Shown one piece after another: positions 47,685 through 58,046 of a stretch of DNA of 64,000 nucleotides. Made by a program: the position numbers and the translations under genes. The DNA is taken from positions 64,001 through 128,000 of the forward strand of contig CAZSKP010000001.1 of the NCBI GenBank assembly GCA_964607485.1, in the 5' to 3' direction. A model generated the notes under the pieces. That model saw only the letters and a list, made by a program, of their open reading frames with translations. It was not told where the DNA came from and did no database searches. The first letter of the stretch is position 1; every line of letters begins with the position of its first letter. Source of the DNA: an uncultured bacterium (GTDB taxonomy: Bacteria; Abyssobacteria; SURF-5).

Positions 47685-48218
47685 TTAGTGCTTGGGCACC
47701 AGCACGAGGGTCATGTTTCGGCCCTCAAGCCTGGGCTGCTGCTCGACGGACGCTATGTCCTGAGTATCCTGAACGAGTCGTTCGAGTATTTTCCTGCCGC
47801 GGTCGGTATGAACCATTTCACGGCCGCGGAACATTATGGTTATTTTGGCCTTGTTGCCCTCGGTCAGGAATTTTTGTACGTGTTTCAGTTTGAACTGATA
47901 GTCATGCTCCTCGGTCTTCGGCCGAAACTTCATCTCCTTCACGACTATCATGTGCTGATGCTTCTTGGCCTCCTTGGCCCGCTTGCTTTGCTCGTACTTG
48001 TATTTGCCGTAGTCCATTATTCGGCAGACGGGAGGCGAAGCCGTGGGAGCCACCTCCACAAGGTCGAGCTCTTGTTCCCGGGCCAGCTTGAGACCTTCCT
48101 CGGCCGACATGATGCCGATCTGCTCTCCATCCGCGCCGATGAGACGTATCGACCTGGCGCGAATCCTTTCGTTCACTCTGGTCTTGTCAACCGTTCGTCT
48201 GGTTCTGTTAAACTTTAT
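47685..48218 (-). CDS. infC: Translation initiation factor IF-3, probable ATA start
   Basis: NERI, LDLVEV...PPVCRIMDYGKYKYE, FRGRE; in-frame ATA 8 nt after SD GGAGGT. Confidence 0.95.
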   Translation of the reverse strand: MKFNRTRRTVDKTRVNERIRARSIRLIGADGEQIGIMSAEEGLKLAREQELDLVEVAPTASPPVCRIMDYGKYKYEQSKRAKEAKKHQHMIVVKEMKFRPKTEEHDYQFKLKHVQKFLTEGNKAKITIMFRGREMVHTDRGRKILERLVQDTQDIASVEQQPRLEGRNMTLVLVPKH

Positions 48219-48257
48219 CGCGCACCACCTCCCCGTTCATCAGAACGTGCGATAAGG

Positions 48258-48380
48258 AAAAATAAAAAAAGATGGCAGAATGCCATCTTCTCGCGTGGAT
48301 AACCCACGCGAGCCCGATAACCCCGCGAGCAACCACACTGTGGCGCAACGGGGTGAGAAGCTGTGGCTTCTGCTTCTGAC
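48258..48380 (-). promoter_or_regulatory. L20 ribosomal leader with attenuator terminator
   Basis: AGCAGAAGC...GCTTCTCACC start as I recall it from Firmicute L20 leaders; ends in GATGGC-ATTCT-GCCATC-U tract; sits upstream of infC-rpmI-rplT. Confidence 0.8.
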
Positions 48381-48424
48381 GTCGCTGTGTCTATTCACCG
48401 TATGTGTATCTCTTGCTGGGATGA

Positions 48425-48454
48425 ATAGTAACACAGTCGCGCCTCCTGTGTCAA
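48425..48454 (-). promoter_or_regulatory. Putative sigma70 promoter of the infC operon
   Basis: TTGACA-N18-TACTAT with TGn extension. Confidence 0.65.
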
Positions 48455-48560
48455 GCGGTCGGCGGGGGCAGAAAGGCCGCTCCCTGGCCCAATATGTAGA
48501 GGAAACACGCCATTTGCCCCGAAAAAACACAATATTTTGTATTGTTAAGCTCCAATTTTC

Positions 48561-48590
48561 TTGACAAGCGTTCAAACGGGATGATATACT
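48561..48590 (+). promoter_or_regulatory. Putative sigma70 promoter of the fliQ operon
   Basis: TTGACA-N18-TATACT with TGn extension. Confidence 0.7.
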
Positions 48591-48677
48591 TCAAAAGTAA
48601 CGGTGATAAAGGGTTTTGTCGTGTCATCGGTGTGTTGGGAGCGAGGCGCAAGAATGAAGATATGGTGGTGATGCGGA

Positions 48678-48947
48678 ATGACTCCTCAAACTGTAGTGGA
48701 TATCGGACGTGAAGCCTTGATGATTACGCTGCTCATTGCGGCGCCCCCGCTCTTGGCCGGTCTGGCCGTCGGCTTGATTATCAGCATATTTCAGGCGGTC
48801 ACCCAGATTCAGGAGTTCACGCTCACGTTTATCCCGAAAATACTCGCGGTGTTTGTGGCCACGATGATATTTCTTCCGTGGATGCTTCAGATTTTCCTTG
48901 GATACACCACCAATCTTTTCATACAGATTCCCATGTTGGCCAAATGA
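48678..48947 (+). CDS. fliQ: Flagellar export protein FliQ
   Basis: GLIISIFQAVTQIQE.TLTFIPK, PWM. Confidence 0.96.
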   Translation: MTPQTVVDIGREALMITLLIAAPPLLAGLAVGLIISIFQAVTQIQEFTLTFIPKILAVFVATMIFLPWMLQIFLGYTTNLFIQIPMLAK

Positions 48948-48980
48948 GCGGAGTTGGCCGGCCAAAGATTTGAGGATTGG

Positions 48981-49760
48981 GTGGAGAATCCGTTCATATT
49001 CACCGTTTTAAGGTTTGAGGCGTTCCTGCTGATATTCATGCGGGTGGGCGCCATGCTGTTTGTGGCTCCCGTGTTCGGTGGCGGCGTCGTGCCGACGCAG
49101 ACAAAGGTGTTGCTGTCTCTGGTGCTGTCGCTCGTGTTGCTCCCGATGGTGCGAGTCCCGAGCGGGGCGTTGCCTCTCGACGTCGTGCCGCTGGCCTGGC
49201 TGGGGGTGAACGAGCTGCTCGTGGGGCTGGTGATGGGCGCGTCGCTCATTTTCCTCTTTGCGGCGATTCAATATGCGGGACAGATTGTCGATTTCCAGAT
49301 GGGTTTCAGCATCGTGAACCTGATCGATCCCACGCAGGACGTACAGATTCCGGTCATGGGGTTCTTCCATTTCTTAATTGCCACGCTGATTTTTCTGGCC
49401 ATGGACGCGCATCACTGGATCATTCGCGCTCTGACGGACAGCTTCGAGATCGTCCCGCTCATGACAGCGGGCTTCTCGGGTCTGGTGGTAGGCAACGTTG
49501 CGAGGGCGTTCGGCGACCTGTTCGTCGTGGCCATGAGGATTGCCGCGCCGGCCATCGCCGTGCTGATGCTGTACAACGCCGCTCTGGGCATCATCGCCAA
49601 GACGGTGCCCCAGATTAATCTGTTGATAGTCGGCTTTCCGGTGCGCATCGCCATCGGCATGATCGTGGTCGGGCTCTCGATGGCGTTCTTCTACCCGTAT
49701 CTGTCGCACGCTTTCGACCTGATGATTGCGGACGTTTATGCGGTGATAAGGCAATTATGA
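48981..49760 (+). CDS. fliR: Flagellar export protein FliR
   Basis: AGQIVDFQMGFS..DP, PQINLLIVGFP. Confidence 0.95.
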   Translation: MENPFIFTVLRFEAFLLIFMRVGAMLFVAPVFGGGVVPTQTKVLLSLVLSLVLLPMVRVPSGALPLDVVPLAWLGVNELLVGLVMGASLIFLFAAIQYAGQIVDFQMGFSIVNLIDPTQDVQIPVMGFFHFLIATLIFLAMDAHHWIIRALTDSFEIVPLMTAGFSGLVVGNVARAFGDLFVVAMRIAAPAIAVLMLYNAALGIIAKTVPQINLLIVGFPVRIAIGMIVVGLSMAFFYPYLSHAFDLMIADVYAVIRQL

Positions 49761-49768
49761 GGTGAGCC

Positions 49769-50872
49769 ATGCCCGAACCGTATGCGGGCGAAAAGACAGA
49801 GCCGGCGACCCCGCGCAGACGTGAGGAAGTGCGGAAGAAAGGGCAGGTCGCAAAGAGCACCGATCTCAACTCGGCGATCGTGCTTCTGGCGGCAACCCTC
49901 GCGCTCTATTTCCTCGTGCCGGCGCTGATGCGAGGGCTCAGCGACGTGACGCGTTCGTATTTGGAAGACGCCGCCACCATGCAGGTAGATATCGATTCGG
50001 TCCAGGCTTTGCTGATAAAGATGGTGTTCCAGGTGAGCGGCTTTTTCGTTCCGTTCATGCTGATAATTCTGGCGGCCGCGCTGCTGTCGAACGTCATGCA
50101 GGTCGGGTTCAACCTGAGCGGTTACCCGATGATACCCCGGATCGAGAAGCTCAGCCCGACGGCGGGGCTGAGGAGAATGTTTTCGGCTCGTTCGTTCGCC
50201 GAGCTGATGAAATCCATCTTCAAAATCGGGGTGGTGGGCGCGATAGCTTTCATCACGATTCGGGGCGAGTTCGACAGGCTGATGTCGCTGATGAACGTGG
50301 ATGTGTGGGGCGCGTGGGCATTCTTCGGAAAAGTATGTTTCACGCTCGGGATGAGGATCGCGATCGCGTTTCTCATGATCGGGCTGGCGGACTACGGCTT
50401 CCAGCGCTACCAGTTCGAGCAGGACATAAAGATGACGAAAGAGGAAGTGCGTCAGGAGCTGAAGGACTTCGAGGGCGACCCGCAGATTCGGGCCCGCATC
50501 AGGCGCGTTCGCAGACAGATGGCGATAAGCCGCATGATGGCCGAGGTTCCCCGCGCGCACGTTGTGGTCACGAATCCGACCTTCCTGGCCGTCGCGCTCA
50601 GGTATGAAATGGAAAAGATGCACGCTCCGGTGGTTGTGGCCAAGGGGGCGCGTTTGATGGCCGAGCGCATCAGGGAGGTCGCGGTTTCCAACGGAGTTCC
50701 CATAGTCGAGAATGCCCCGCTCACGCAGATGCTCTACAAGTCGGTCGAGGTGGGCGGACAAATTCCCGAACAGCTCTACCGGGCTGTTGCCGAGGTGCTC
50801 GCATACGTGTACCAGATAGACAAGCGGGGCCGCGAACGGTGGGCGTCGTTAAGCGGCGCGGCCACCCGATGA
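49769..50872 (+). CDS. flhB: Flagellar export switch protein FlhB
   Basis: EKTEPATPRR, EGDP, autocleavage site NPT(F), VAKG. Confidence 0.96.
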   Translation: MPEPYAGEKTEPATPRRREEVRKKGQVAKSTDLNSAIVLLAATLALYFLVPALMRGLSDVTRSYLEDAATMQVDIDSVQALLIKMVFQVSGFFVPFMLIILAAALLSNVMQVGFNLSGYPMIPRIEKLSPTAGLRRMFSARSFAELMKSIFKIGVVGAIAFITIRGEFDRLMSLMNVDVWGAWAFFGKVCFTLGMRIAIAFLMIGLADYGFQRYQFEQDIKMTKEEVRQELKDFEGDPQIRARIRRVRRQMAISRMMAEVPRAHVVVTNPTFLAVALRYEMEKMHAPVVVAKGARLMAERIREVAVSNGVPIVENAPLTQMLYKSVEVGGQIPEQLYRAVAEVLAYVYQIDKRGRERWASLSGAATR

Positions 50873-50920
50873 GTCTGAGCGGGGTGCAAAGTCCCGTAAC
50901 GAGGGATTGCGGACGATAGA

Positions 50921-53005
50921 ATGGGTCAGACGGCGATAAGCTCCAGATTCCTGCGGATGTCGCGCAACCAGGACGTGATTGTTGCGGTCATCATCATCGG
51001 CATTCTGTTCATCATGCTGGTGCGGATTCCGCCGTGGACGCTCGACCTGCTGCTGACGCTGAACATTTCGATTTCCGTGCTGATGATTCTCGTGACGATG
51101 TACGTGCAGGAGCCGCTGCAGTTTTCCGTGTTCCCGTCGCTCCTGCTCGTCACCACGCTGTTTCGCCTCGCGCTGAACGTGGCCTCGACGCGGCTCATCC
51201 TCATCGAGGCCTATGCCGGAAAAGTCATCCAGGCCTTCGGCACGTTCGTCGTGGGCGGCAACTACGTCGTAGGCATGATCATCTTCCTCATCATCGTGGT
51301 CATCCAATTCGTCGTGATTACGCGCGGCGCGGGACGCATTTCGGAAGTCGCAGCCAGGTTCACGCTCGACGCGATGCCCGGCAAACAGATGAGCATCGAC
51401 GCCGACCTGAACGCCGGCCTCATCACGGAGGACCAGGCGCGCGCCCGCAGGCGCTCCATCGAGGACGAGGCCGACTTCTACGGCGCGATGGACGGCGCGA
51501 CGAAGTTCATACGGGGCGATGTCATCGCGGGCCTGATAATCACCGGCATCAACATAGTCGGCGGTCTGATAATCGGCGTGCTTCAACTCGGCCTGACCCT
51601 CGGCGAGGCCGCGCGCGTGTACACGACACTGACAGTCGGCGACGGGCTGGTCGCGCAGGTGCCCGCCCTGTTCATCTCGACGTCGGCGGGCATAATCATC
51701 ACCCGAACCGTTTCCGAGGAGAACCTCGGCTCCGACATAACGCGGCAGATGTTCACCTTTCCCCGCGCGGTCGCAATCGCGGCGATGCTGTTAGTCGTAT
51801 TCGGCCTCGTTCCCGGCCTGCCCACGGTTCCGTTCCTGATGGTCGCCGCCGGAGCCGGGTTCGTGTGGTATCAGCTCAACCGGTCGCAAGTGGAGAAGAG
51901 GTTGGCCGGAGAGCGCGAGCGCAAGGCCCGAGAAGAGGCCGCGCCGAAGGCGCCGGAGAACGTTGAAGGCCTCCTGAAGGTGGACGCCATGGAGATAGAG
52001 ATCGGCTACGGGCTCATCCCGCTGGCCGACCCAAAACAGGGCGGCGACCTGCTCGACAGAATTTCCGACATCCGTCGCCGCATGGCTTTGAGGGTAGGAA
52101 TAGTGTTGCCGCCGATTCGCATCCGGGACAACATGGCGCTCAAGCCGAATGAATACACGATAAAGATACGGGGCAACGAGGTCGCCCGCGGCGAGCTTCT
52201 GACCGACCATTACTTGATTATGAATCCCGGAAATGTGATGGAGAAGATTCCCGGAATAGAAACCAAGGAGCCGGCCTTCGGGCTGGATGCCACGTGGATC
52301 ACCGAATCCCAGCGAGCCCGGGCGGAACAGTTGGGGTACACGATCGTTGACCCGCCGTCGGTCCTGGCCACGCACCTGACGGAAATCATACAAGCGCGCG
52401 CCCACGAGCTGTTGGGAAGGCAGGAAGTAAACAACCTGATAGAGAACATAAAGAAGACCTCGCCCGTCGTCGTGGAGGAACTCATTCCCAGCCTTCTTAC
52501 GATGGGAGACATCCAGAAGGTGCTCCGCAATCTGCTCAAGGAGAGGATTGCCATCCGGAATATCGAGACCATATTGGAAACCCTCGCCGACTACGCCCGG
52601 CGCACGAAGGATACGGTCGTGCTGACCGAATACGTGCGGCAGGCTCTCGGGCGGACGATATGCCAAGAGTACATGGACGACAAGGGCCAGATAGTCGCCG
52701 TGACGCTCGACCCACGATTGGAGCAGAAAATTTCAGATTCGTTGAAGGAATCTGAGGGCATTACATACATTGCGCTCGACCCGATGACCGCGCAGAAGAT
52801 CATATCCGCCGCGACGATGGAATCCAAGCGAATGGTAAACGAAGGCCGACAGCCCATCGTGGTGTGCTCGCCCAGGGTACGGCCCTATTTCAAACAAATG
52901 GTTCAAAGCTCTCTTCCGGGTCTGGTCGTGCTCAGCTTCGCCGAAATAGTGCAGGAAGCGAGACTTCACGCCGAAAGGATGGTGAGCGTCGAAGGTGGAC
53001 CTTAA
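50921..53005 (+). CDS. flhA: Flagellar export gate FlhA
   Basis: EVAARFTLDAMPGKQMSIDADL, GAMDGATKF, GDGLVAQ. Confidence 0.98.
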   Translation: MGQTAISSRFLRMSRNQDVIVAVIIIGILFIMLVRIPPWTLDLLLTLNISISVLMILVTMYVQEPLQFSVFPSLLLVTTLFRLALNVASTRLILIEAYAGKVIQAFGTFVVGGNYVVGMIIFLIIVVIQFVVITRGAGRISEVAARFTLDAMPGKQMSIDADLNAGLITEDQARARRRSIEDEADFYGAMDGATKFIRGDVIAGLIITGINIVGGLIIGVLQLGLTLGEAARVYTTLTVGDGLVAQVPALFISTSAGIIITRTVSEENLGSDITRQMFTFPRAVAIAAMLLVVFGLVPGLPTVPFLMVAAGAGFVWYQLNRSQVEKRLAGERERKAREEAAPKAPENVEGLLKVDAMEIEIGYGLIPLADPKQGGDLLDRISDIRRRMALRVGIVLPPIRIRDNMALKPNEYTIKIRGNEVARGELLTDHYLIMNPGNVMEKIPGIETKEPAFGLDATWITESQRARAEQLGYTIVDPPSVLATHLTEIIQARAHELLGRQEVNNLIENIKKTSPVVVEELIPSLLTMGDIQKVLRNLLKERIAIRNIETILETLADYARRTKDTVVLTEYVRQALGRTICQEYMDDKGQIVAVTLDPRLEQKISDSLKESEGITYIALDPMTAQKIISAATMESKRMVNEGRQPIVVCSPRVRPYFKQMVQSSLPGLVVLSFAEIVQEARLHAERMVSVEGGP

Positions 53006-54155
53006 GCGATTTCGCGCAAACACGATGCAGGCGGCCCTGGCGCAGGTGAAGCAGGAGCTTGGCCCCGAGGCCGTCATTCTGAACACCAAGACATTCTACC
53101 AGGGCGGCTTTTTCGGATTGGGCAAGAGAGAAGTCGTCGAGATACTGGCGTCCAAAGAGGTGAACATCGTCGACACGCCCCCGTCGTTCGCCCATCAGAA
53201 GAAGGCCTACGCGCGCCATCACACCTCCGGACGGACCTGGCCCCCACTGTGGCAAGATTCCGGAGCGGACGATGGGAAACCCGACGAAATTCTCAAGGAG
53301 CTCGCCTCGCTGAAATCGCAGGTGGAGCTGCTGACGAGGGAGTGCGTCCGCGACCCCGACTGTCCCCCGGTGCTGAACGAATACTACCAGAACCTGCTGG
53401 GCGCGGGAGTCTCCAGGCTTCTGGCGAAGGAACTGGTCGGCGCCGTGCACACCGCTCTGAGCGAGTCCGACCTCGAAGACCGCGCAAAGGTGGAAAAGAA
53501 GCTCGCGGATGAGATGGGGAAACTCATCAAGCTGAGCGGACCGATAAAATGCGATGGCCGCAAGGTTCGCAAGATCGTCATGACCGGTCCGACGGGCGTC
53601 GGAAAGACGACCACGATAGCCAAGCTCGCCGCCCAGTATTCGATCAAGGAAAGGCGAAAGGTCGGGCTCATCACCGCCGACACGTACCGCATCGCCGCAG
53701 TGGAACAACTGAAGGTGTATGCGGACATCATAGGTGTGACGCTCGATGTCGTGCTCACGCCGAAAGAGCTCCGCGAGGCAGTCGCGCGTCACTCCGACAA
53801 AGAGATCATTTTCATCGACACCGCCGGCCGGAGCCAACAGAACCAGACGAGGCTGGTGGAGCTGAAGAGCTTCGTCGAATCCGCCGAGCCCGATGAGAAC
53901 CATCTCCTGATAAGCGCGACCACAGATAGGGACGAGATGTTCAACGTCATCGATAAGTTCAACATCGTCGAGGTCTCGAGCTTTATCTTCTCGAAAGTGG
54001 ACGAGTGCAGGAGGCCGGGGCTCATCTTCGATGTCCTGTCGAACTCCGACAAACCTGTCTCGTACATCACGACGGGCCAGGATGTTCCCGACGACATAGA
54101 GGTGGCCACGCAGGCGGGGCTTCTCAACCTGCTGTTCAGGAACGGCGAAAAATGA
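52995..54155 (+). CDS. flhF: SRP-family GTPase FlhF
   Basis: GPTGVGKTTT, DTYRIAA, DTAG, KVDE, GQDVPDD. Confidence 0.96.
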   Translation: MDLKRFRANTMQAALAQVKQELGPEAVILNTKTFYQGGFFGLGKREVVEILASKEVNIVDTPPSFAHQKKAYARHHTSGRTWPPLWQDSGADDGKPDEILKELASLKSQVELLTRECVRDPDCPPVLNEYYQNLLGAGVSRLLAKELVGAVHTALSESDLEDRAKVEKKLADEMGKLIKLSGPIKCDGRKVRKIVMTGPTGVGKTTTIAKLAAQYSIKERRKVGLITADTYRIAAVEQLKVYADIIGVTLDVVLTPKELREAVARHSDKEIIFIDTAGRSQQNQTRLVELKSFVESAEPDENHLLISATTDRDEMFNVIDKFNIVEVSSFIFSKVDECRRPGLIFDVLSNSDKPVSYITTGQDVPDDIEVATQAGLLNLLFRNGEK

Positions 54156-55015
54156 GCGACCAGGCACAAAAACTGCGCGAGCTTGCGGCCGCGTTCAAGG
54201 CGCAGCCGCGCATCATCACCGTCACGAGCGGCAAGGGCGGCGTCGGCAAGTCGAACGTGGTGATAAACCTCGCCATCGCCATTTCGCGGATGGGAAAGCG
54301 CGTGCTGGTCATCGACGCCGACCTGGGGCTTGCAAACGTCGATATACTGCTCGGGCTGAAGAACAGGTTCAATCTTCAGTACGTGATAGAAGGCAAGATG
54401 AAGCTCAAGGACATCGTCGTGGTCGGCCCGGCGGGAATAAAGGTGGTTCCCGGCAGCTCGGGCATACCCCGCATCGCCAACATGAGCAGCCGCAAACGCC
54501 AGGAATTCATCGCCTCGTTCAAAGAGCTCGAGGGCGAGGCCGACATGATTCTCATCGACACCTCCGCCGGGATGACGAAGAATGTGATCAACTTCACGCT
54601 GCTGGCCGACGACATAATACTCGTGACCACGCCCGAGCCGTCGGCGGTCACCGATGCCTACGCGATGATAAAGGTGATACACGCCGAGAAGCCCGAGGCC
54701 AAGGTGGGCCTCGTTGTGAACCAGGCGCGCTCCGAGGCGCAGGCGCTGGATGTGGCGACCAAGATCGCACAGGTAGCCCGGCAGTTCCTCAATTTTCACG
54801 TGTACGTGCTCGGGACGATGCCGAGCGACCCGTATGTGCCCAGAGCGGTCATGCAGCGACAGCCCTGGACTGAGCTCTACCCCAGGGCGGCCGCCACGAA
54901 GGCGGTGAGGCAAATCGCCGCCAAATTGCTCAACGGCGAGGACCGGCCCGCAACGGAGAAAAACGGCTTCATCCAGCGGGTGTCGGCCTATTTCAGGGCG
55001 GGCGACCAGGCATAG
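54152..55015 (+). CDS. flhG: MinD-like flagellar number regulator FlhG/FleN
   Basis: DQAQKLR N-terminus, GKGGVGKS, DADLGLAN, PEP..TDAY. Confidence 0.95.
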   Translation: MSDQAQKLRELAAAFKAQPRIITVTSGKGGVGKSNVVINLAIAISRMGKRVLVIDADLGLANVDILLGLKNRFNLQYVIEGKMKLKDIVVVGPAGIKVVPGSSGIPRIANMSSRKRQEFIASFKELEGEADMILIDTSAGMTKNVINFTLLADDIILVTTPEPSAVTDAYAMIKVIHAEKPEAKVGLVVNQARSEAQALDVATKIAQVARQFLNFHVYVLGTMPSDPYVPRAVMQRQPWTELYPRAAATKAVRQIAAKLLNGEDRPATEKNGFIQRVSAYFRAGDQA

Positions 55016-55091
55016 GGCGCGCGCCGGAATGCGGACATGTGGGCGCAGAGCCCGCCGGATGTCTTATCTTGTTCTTATTTATTCCTTGCTG

Positions 55092-55100
55092 TGGTATAAT
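55092..55100 (+). promoter_or_regulatory. Extended -10 promoter upstream of fliM
   Basis: TGGTATAAT in an AT-rich gap. Confidence 0.55.
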
Positions 55101-55153
55101 TACGAAGACATCGGTCGCGGGCTCACGACGGACCCGAGAGGGGGGAGCGCGAC

Positions 55154-56137
55154 GTGGCTGACATACTGAGCCAGGAAGAAGTTGACGCCCTTCTTGCAGC
55201 GGTATCGGAAGGGGAAGCCCAGGTCGAACGCCCCGAAGCGCCGCCGAAGCGGTACGACGTTGCGAAATACGATTTCAAGAGACCCGAGCGGGTGTCGAAG
55301 GAGCAGTTTCGGGGCTTCCAGACGCTGTCGGAACTGTTTTCGCGCGACCTGAGCACGGCGCTCGGAGGGTCGCTGAGGGCAATCGCGCGCGTTTCCGTCG
55401 TCTCAGTTGACCAGATCACGTACGATGAATACGTGATGTCAATATCGAACCCCACCTCTTACAACGTCATCCAGCTTCCGCCGCTCGACGGCAATCTGAT
55501 ACTCGAATTCAGCCCATCGCTCATCTTCCCCATAATAGACCGGCTGCTCGGCGGCAGGGGCGTGGCGATTGCCAGGACGCGCGAGCTGACCGAGATAGAA
55601 CAAAAGCTTGTCGCCAAGATTGTCGAGATTGTCCTGAGAACTCTCGTCCGGGCGTGGCGGCACCTCGAGGAATTTTCATGGAAGCTCGTTGCGCAGGAGA
55701 ACGACCCCCAGATTGTGCAGATAGTGACCGGCAGCGAGATAGTGCTTGCCATCAAGTTCGAGCTGAGCATCGGCGATATCGCCGGAACGATGAGCCTGTG
55801 TCTGCCCGTGCTCGCCATCGAGCCGATACTGGAGAAAGTGGGGGCTGAGTACACCTTCTACGGCGCCAGGCCGGAGTACAAAGGCCCGCAAACCGCCGCG
55901 ATGGTCGAGGAAATAGTCATGCATGCGAACGCGAATGTCGAGGCGTATATGGCAGGCTCCGCCATATCCGTGAGGGACCTCCTGAGGTTGCAGACAGGCG
56001 ATATAGTCAGGCTCGACAACAGCGTTGCAGAGGAAAGCTGCGTTACGGTGAGTGTATCCGGAAAACCGAAGTTCAGGGCCAAACAAGGACGAATAGGCAA
56101 CAAGCAGGCCATTCAGATAGTCGCCAGACTCCATTGA
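55154..56137 (+). CDS. fliM: Flagellar motor switch protein FliM
   Basis: CheY-binding LSQEEVDALL, YDFKRP, IDRLLGG.G, TEIE. Confidence 0.96.
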   Translation: MADILSQEEVDALLAAVSEGEAQVERPEAPPKRYDVAKYDFKRPERVSKEQFRGFQTLSELFSRDLSTALGGSLRAIARVSVVSVDQITYDEYVMSISNPTSYNVIQLPPLDGNLILEFSPSLIFPIIDRLLGGRGVAIARTRELTEIEQKLVAKIVEIVLRTLVRAWRHLEEFSWKLVAQENDPQIVQIVTGSEIVLAIKFELSIGDIAGTMSLCLPVLAIEPILEKVGAEYTFYGARPEYKGPQTAAMVEEIVMHANANVEAYMAGSAISVRDLLRLQTGDIVRLDNSVAEESCVTVSVSGKPKFRAKQGRIGNKQAIQIVARLH

Positions 56138-56164
56138 GGCCGAACGAGCCTGGAGGTCAACGAT

Positions 56165-57133
56165 ATGGCAGATAGGCGCAGTGACCAAGAGATGTCGCAA
56201 AGTCAGTCCGACACAGCGTGGAGCCACCAGTTCGCCGACGTGCTCGGGTCGATTCTGACGTCCGCGTCAGTCATGTTCCCCGTCAGCGAAGAGTTCGACA
56301 TCAGGTTCTCCGTCGCGCTCGTGGGAGAGATGGGCAAGGATGAGTTCGCCAACCTGCTCGGAGAGATGCCGGTCATTGCGGACATCGGCATCAGCGAAGA
56401 CCTCGGGGAAAAAGCCGCCATATTGACCGATATACCCACGGCATCGGCGCTCGCCGGCCTCGTCTCCACGGGAGAGCCGAAGCAGATGGACACCCTGAGC
56501 GAAGACGACATCGCCTCGCTCAGCGACGCCTTGAGTCCCATCCTCGAAGCCTTTTCGGCTTCCTGCCGCGACGCGACGGGAAGGCCGTTCGGCTCGATTG
56601 AGAATATCGAGATCTCCGACCCCGTCAGTCAGGAGCGCATGGTCGAGGAACTGCCGGAGTCGCTCTGTCGCGCGACTGCGTCGGTCAGTATAGGCAAAGA
56701 AGTGAGCGGCCGGCTCGCCCTCGTTGTGCCCCTCAACCTGGCACAGACGATGGCTGAGGCCGAGGCTGAGGCGGCCGCCGCCTCGAAGCCCCAAGTTCGC
56801 TCTTACGAGCCCGTCGAAATCGAGCAGGATACGACCGCTCGTCCCGAAGCCCGGGCGACGCGGGAGCCTTCAATGGAAAACATCGACCTCATTCTCGACA
56901 TCCAACTGGAGCTCACCGCAAGGTTGGGACAGGTGGAGATGGCCATAGGCGAGATCATGAAGCTTGCCCCCGGCTCCGTCATCGACATCGACCGGTTTGC
57001 GGACGAGCCCATCGAACTGGTCGTGAACGACCGACCCATTGCGCGAGGCGAGATAGTCGTCGTTCAGGAAAACTTCGGCATAAGGATCACCGAGATAATT
57101 AGTCCGAAGGAGCGAATAAAGAGTCTGAGATAA
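56165..57133 (+). CDS. fliN: FliY/FliN-type switch protein (CheC-like N-domain plus SpoA domain)
   Basis: C-terminal NIDLILDI..LG..GSVI..GEIVVVQENFGIRITEI. Confidence 0.88.
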   Translation: MADRRSDQEMSQSQSDTAWSHQFADVLGSILTSASVMFPVSEEFDIRFSVALVGEMGKDEFANLLGEMPVIADIGISEDLGEKAAILTDIPTASALAGLVSTGEPKQMDTLSEDDIASLSDALSPILEAFSASCRDATGRPFGSIENIEISDPVSQERMVEELPESLCRATASVSIGKEVSGRLALVVPLNLAQTMAEAEAEAAAASKPQVRSYEPVEIEQDTTARPEARATREPSMENIDLILDIQLELTARLGQVEMAIGEIMKLAPGSVIDIDRFADEPIELVVNDRPIARGEIVVVQENFGIRITEIISPKERIKSLR

Positions 57134-57254
57134 TCGACGCACGGAAAGGCATGCTCTCGACGTTCGCCCCTGCCAAGTCGCATTCCAAGCGCGCCGTTTT
57201 TTACGCGCGTCGGGATTCTACACCCTCGATTGTGACTCTCATTGGAGAGCTTTT

Positions 57255-58046
57255 TTGAAAAAGGACCAGGTCACGAAAAAAAACCTCGACAGGCTCTGGA
57301 AGGAGTACAAAGAGGAGGGAAGCGCACAGGCGAGGGAAACGATCATCACCGAGTATCTGCGCCTCGTCAAGTTCATCGCCGGCAGAATGGCGATGAATTC
57401 GCCTCCACAAGTGGAGGAAGACGACCTCATCGGCTGGGGCGTGCTGGGACTCTTGGACGCGGTCGAGAAATTCGACCTCGAACAGAAAGTCAATTTTGAA
57501 ACGTACGCCTCCGTGAGGATACGCGGCCACATCATCGACCAGATACGGTCGCTCGACTGGGCTCCGCGTTCATTGAGACAGAAGGCGCGCCAGATGAGCC
57601 GGGCGTCGGCAAGGTTGAAGGACGAACTCGGCCGCGAGCCGACCGAGGCGGAGCTGGCAAGCGAACTGCAAATGACCGATGACGAAGTGTTTCAGTTGAG
57701 GACCGAGATACATGGCGCATATGTGCTCTCGCTCGATACGGCGATATCGGCCGAGGACGAGTCGGGCGAGACGACCCTGGGGCAGGTTACGGGCGACGCG
57801 AGCACTCCCTCGCCCGAGGATTCGATGAACCGAAAAGAAGTGGAACAGCGATTGGCGAAGGCGATCGAACGACTGCCAACCGACGAACGACAGGTGATCA
57901 CGCTGTACTACTATGACGAACTGACGCTCAAGGAAATCGGCGAGGTTCTCGGCCTTTCCGAATCTCGCATATGTCAGATTCACAGGGCGGTCATACGAAA
58001 ACTCGAACGACACCTGAGGGACATTCTTCGAGATGCGGTTTTTTGA
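57255..58046 (+). CDS. fliA: Flagellar sigma factor sigma28 (FliA/WhiG), TTG start
   Basis: DDLIG.G..GLLDA.EKFD, FETYA..RIRG.IID..R.LDW.PRS.R, LYY.DELTLKEIG.VL..SESRI.QIH. Confidence 0.95.
   Translation: MKKDQVTKKNLDRLWKEYKEEGSAQARETIITEYLRLVKFIAGRMAMNSPPQVEEDDLIGWGVLGLLDAVEKFDLEQKVNFETYASVRIRGHIIDQIRSLDWAPRSLRQKARQMSRASARLKDELGREPTEAELASELQMTDDEVFQLRTEIHGAYVLSLDTAISAEDESGETTLGQVTGDASTPSPEDSMNRKEVEQRLAKAIERLPTDERQVITLYYYDELTLKEIGEVLGLSESRICQIHRAVIRKLERHLRDILRDAVF

Noticed and set aside
48678-53005. Injectisome (non-flagellar T3SS)
   Set aside because: The adjacent flhF, flhG, fliM and fliA identify it as flagellar.
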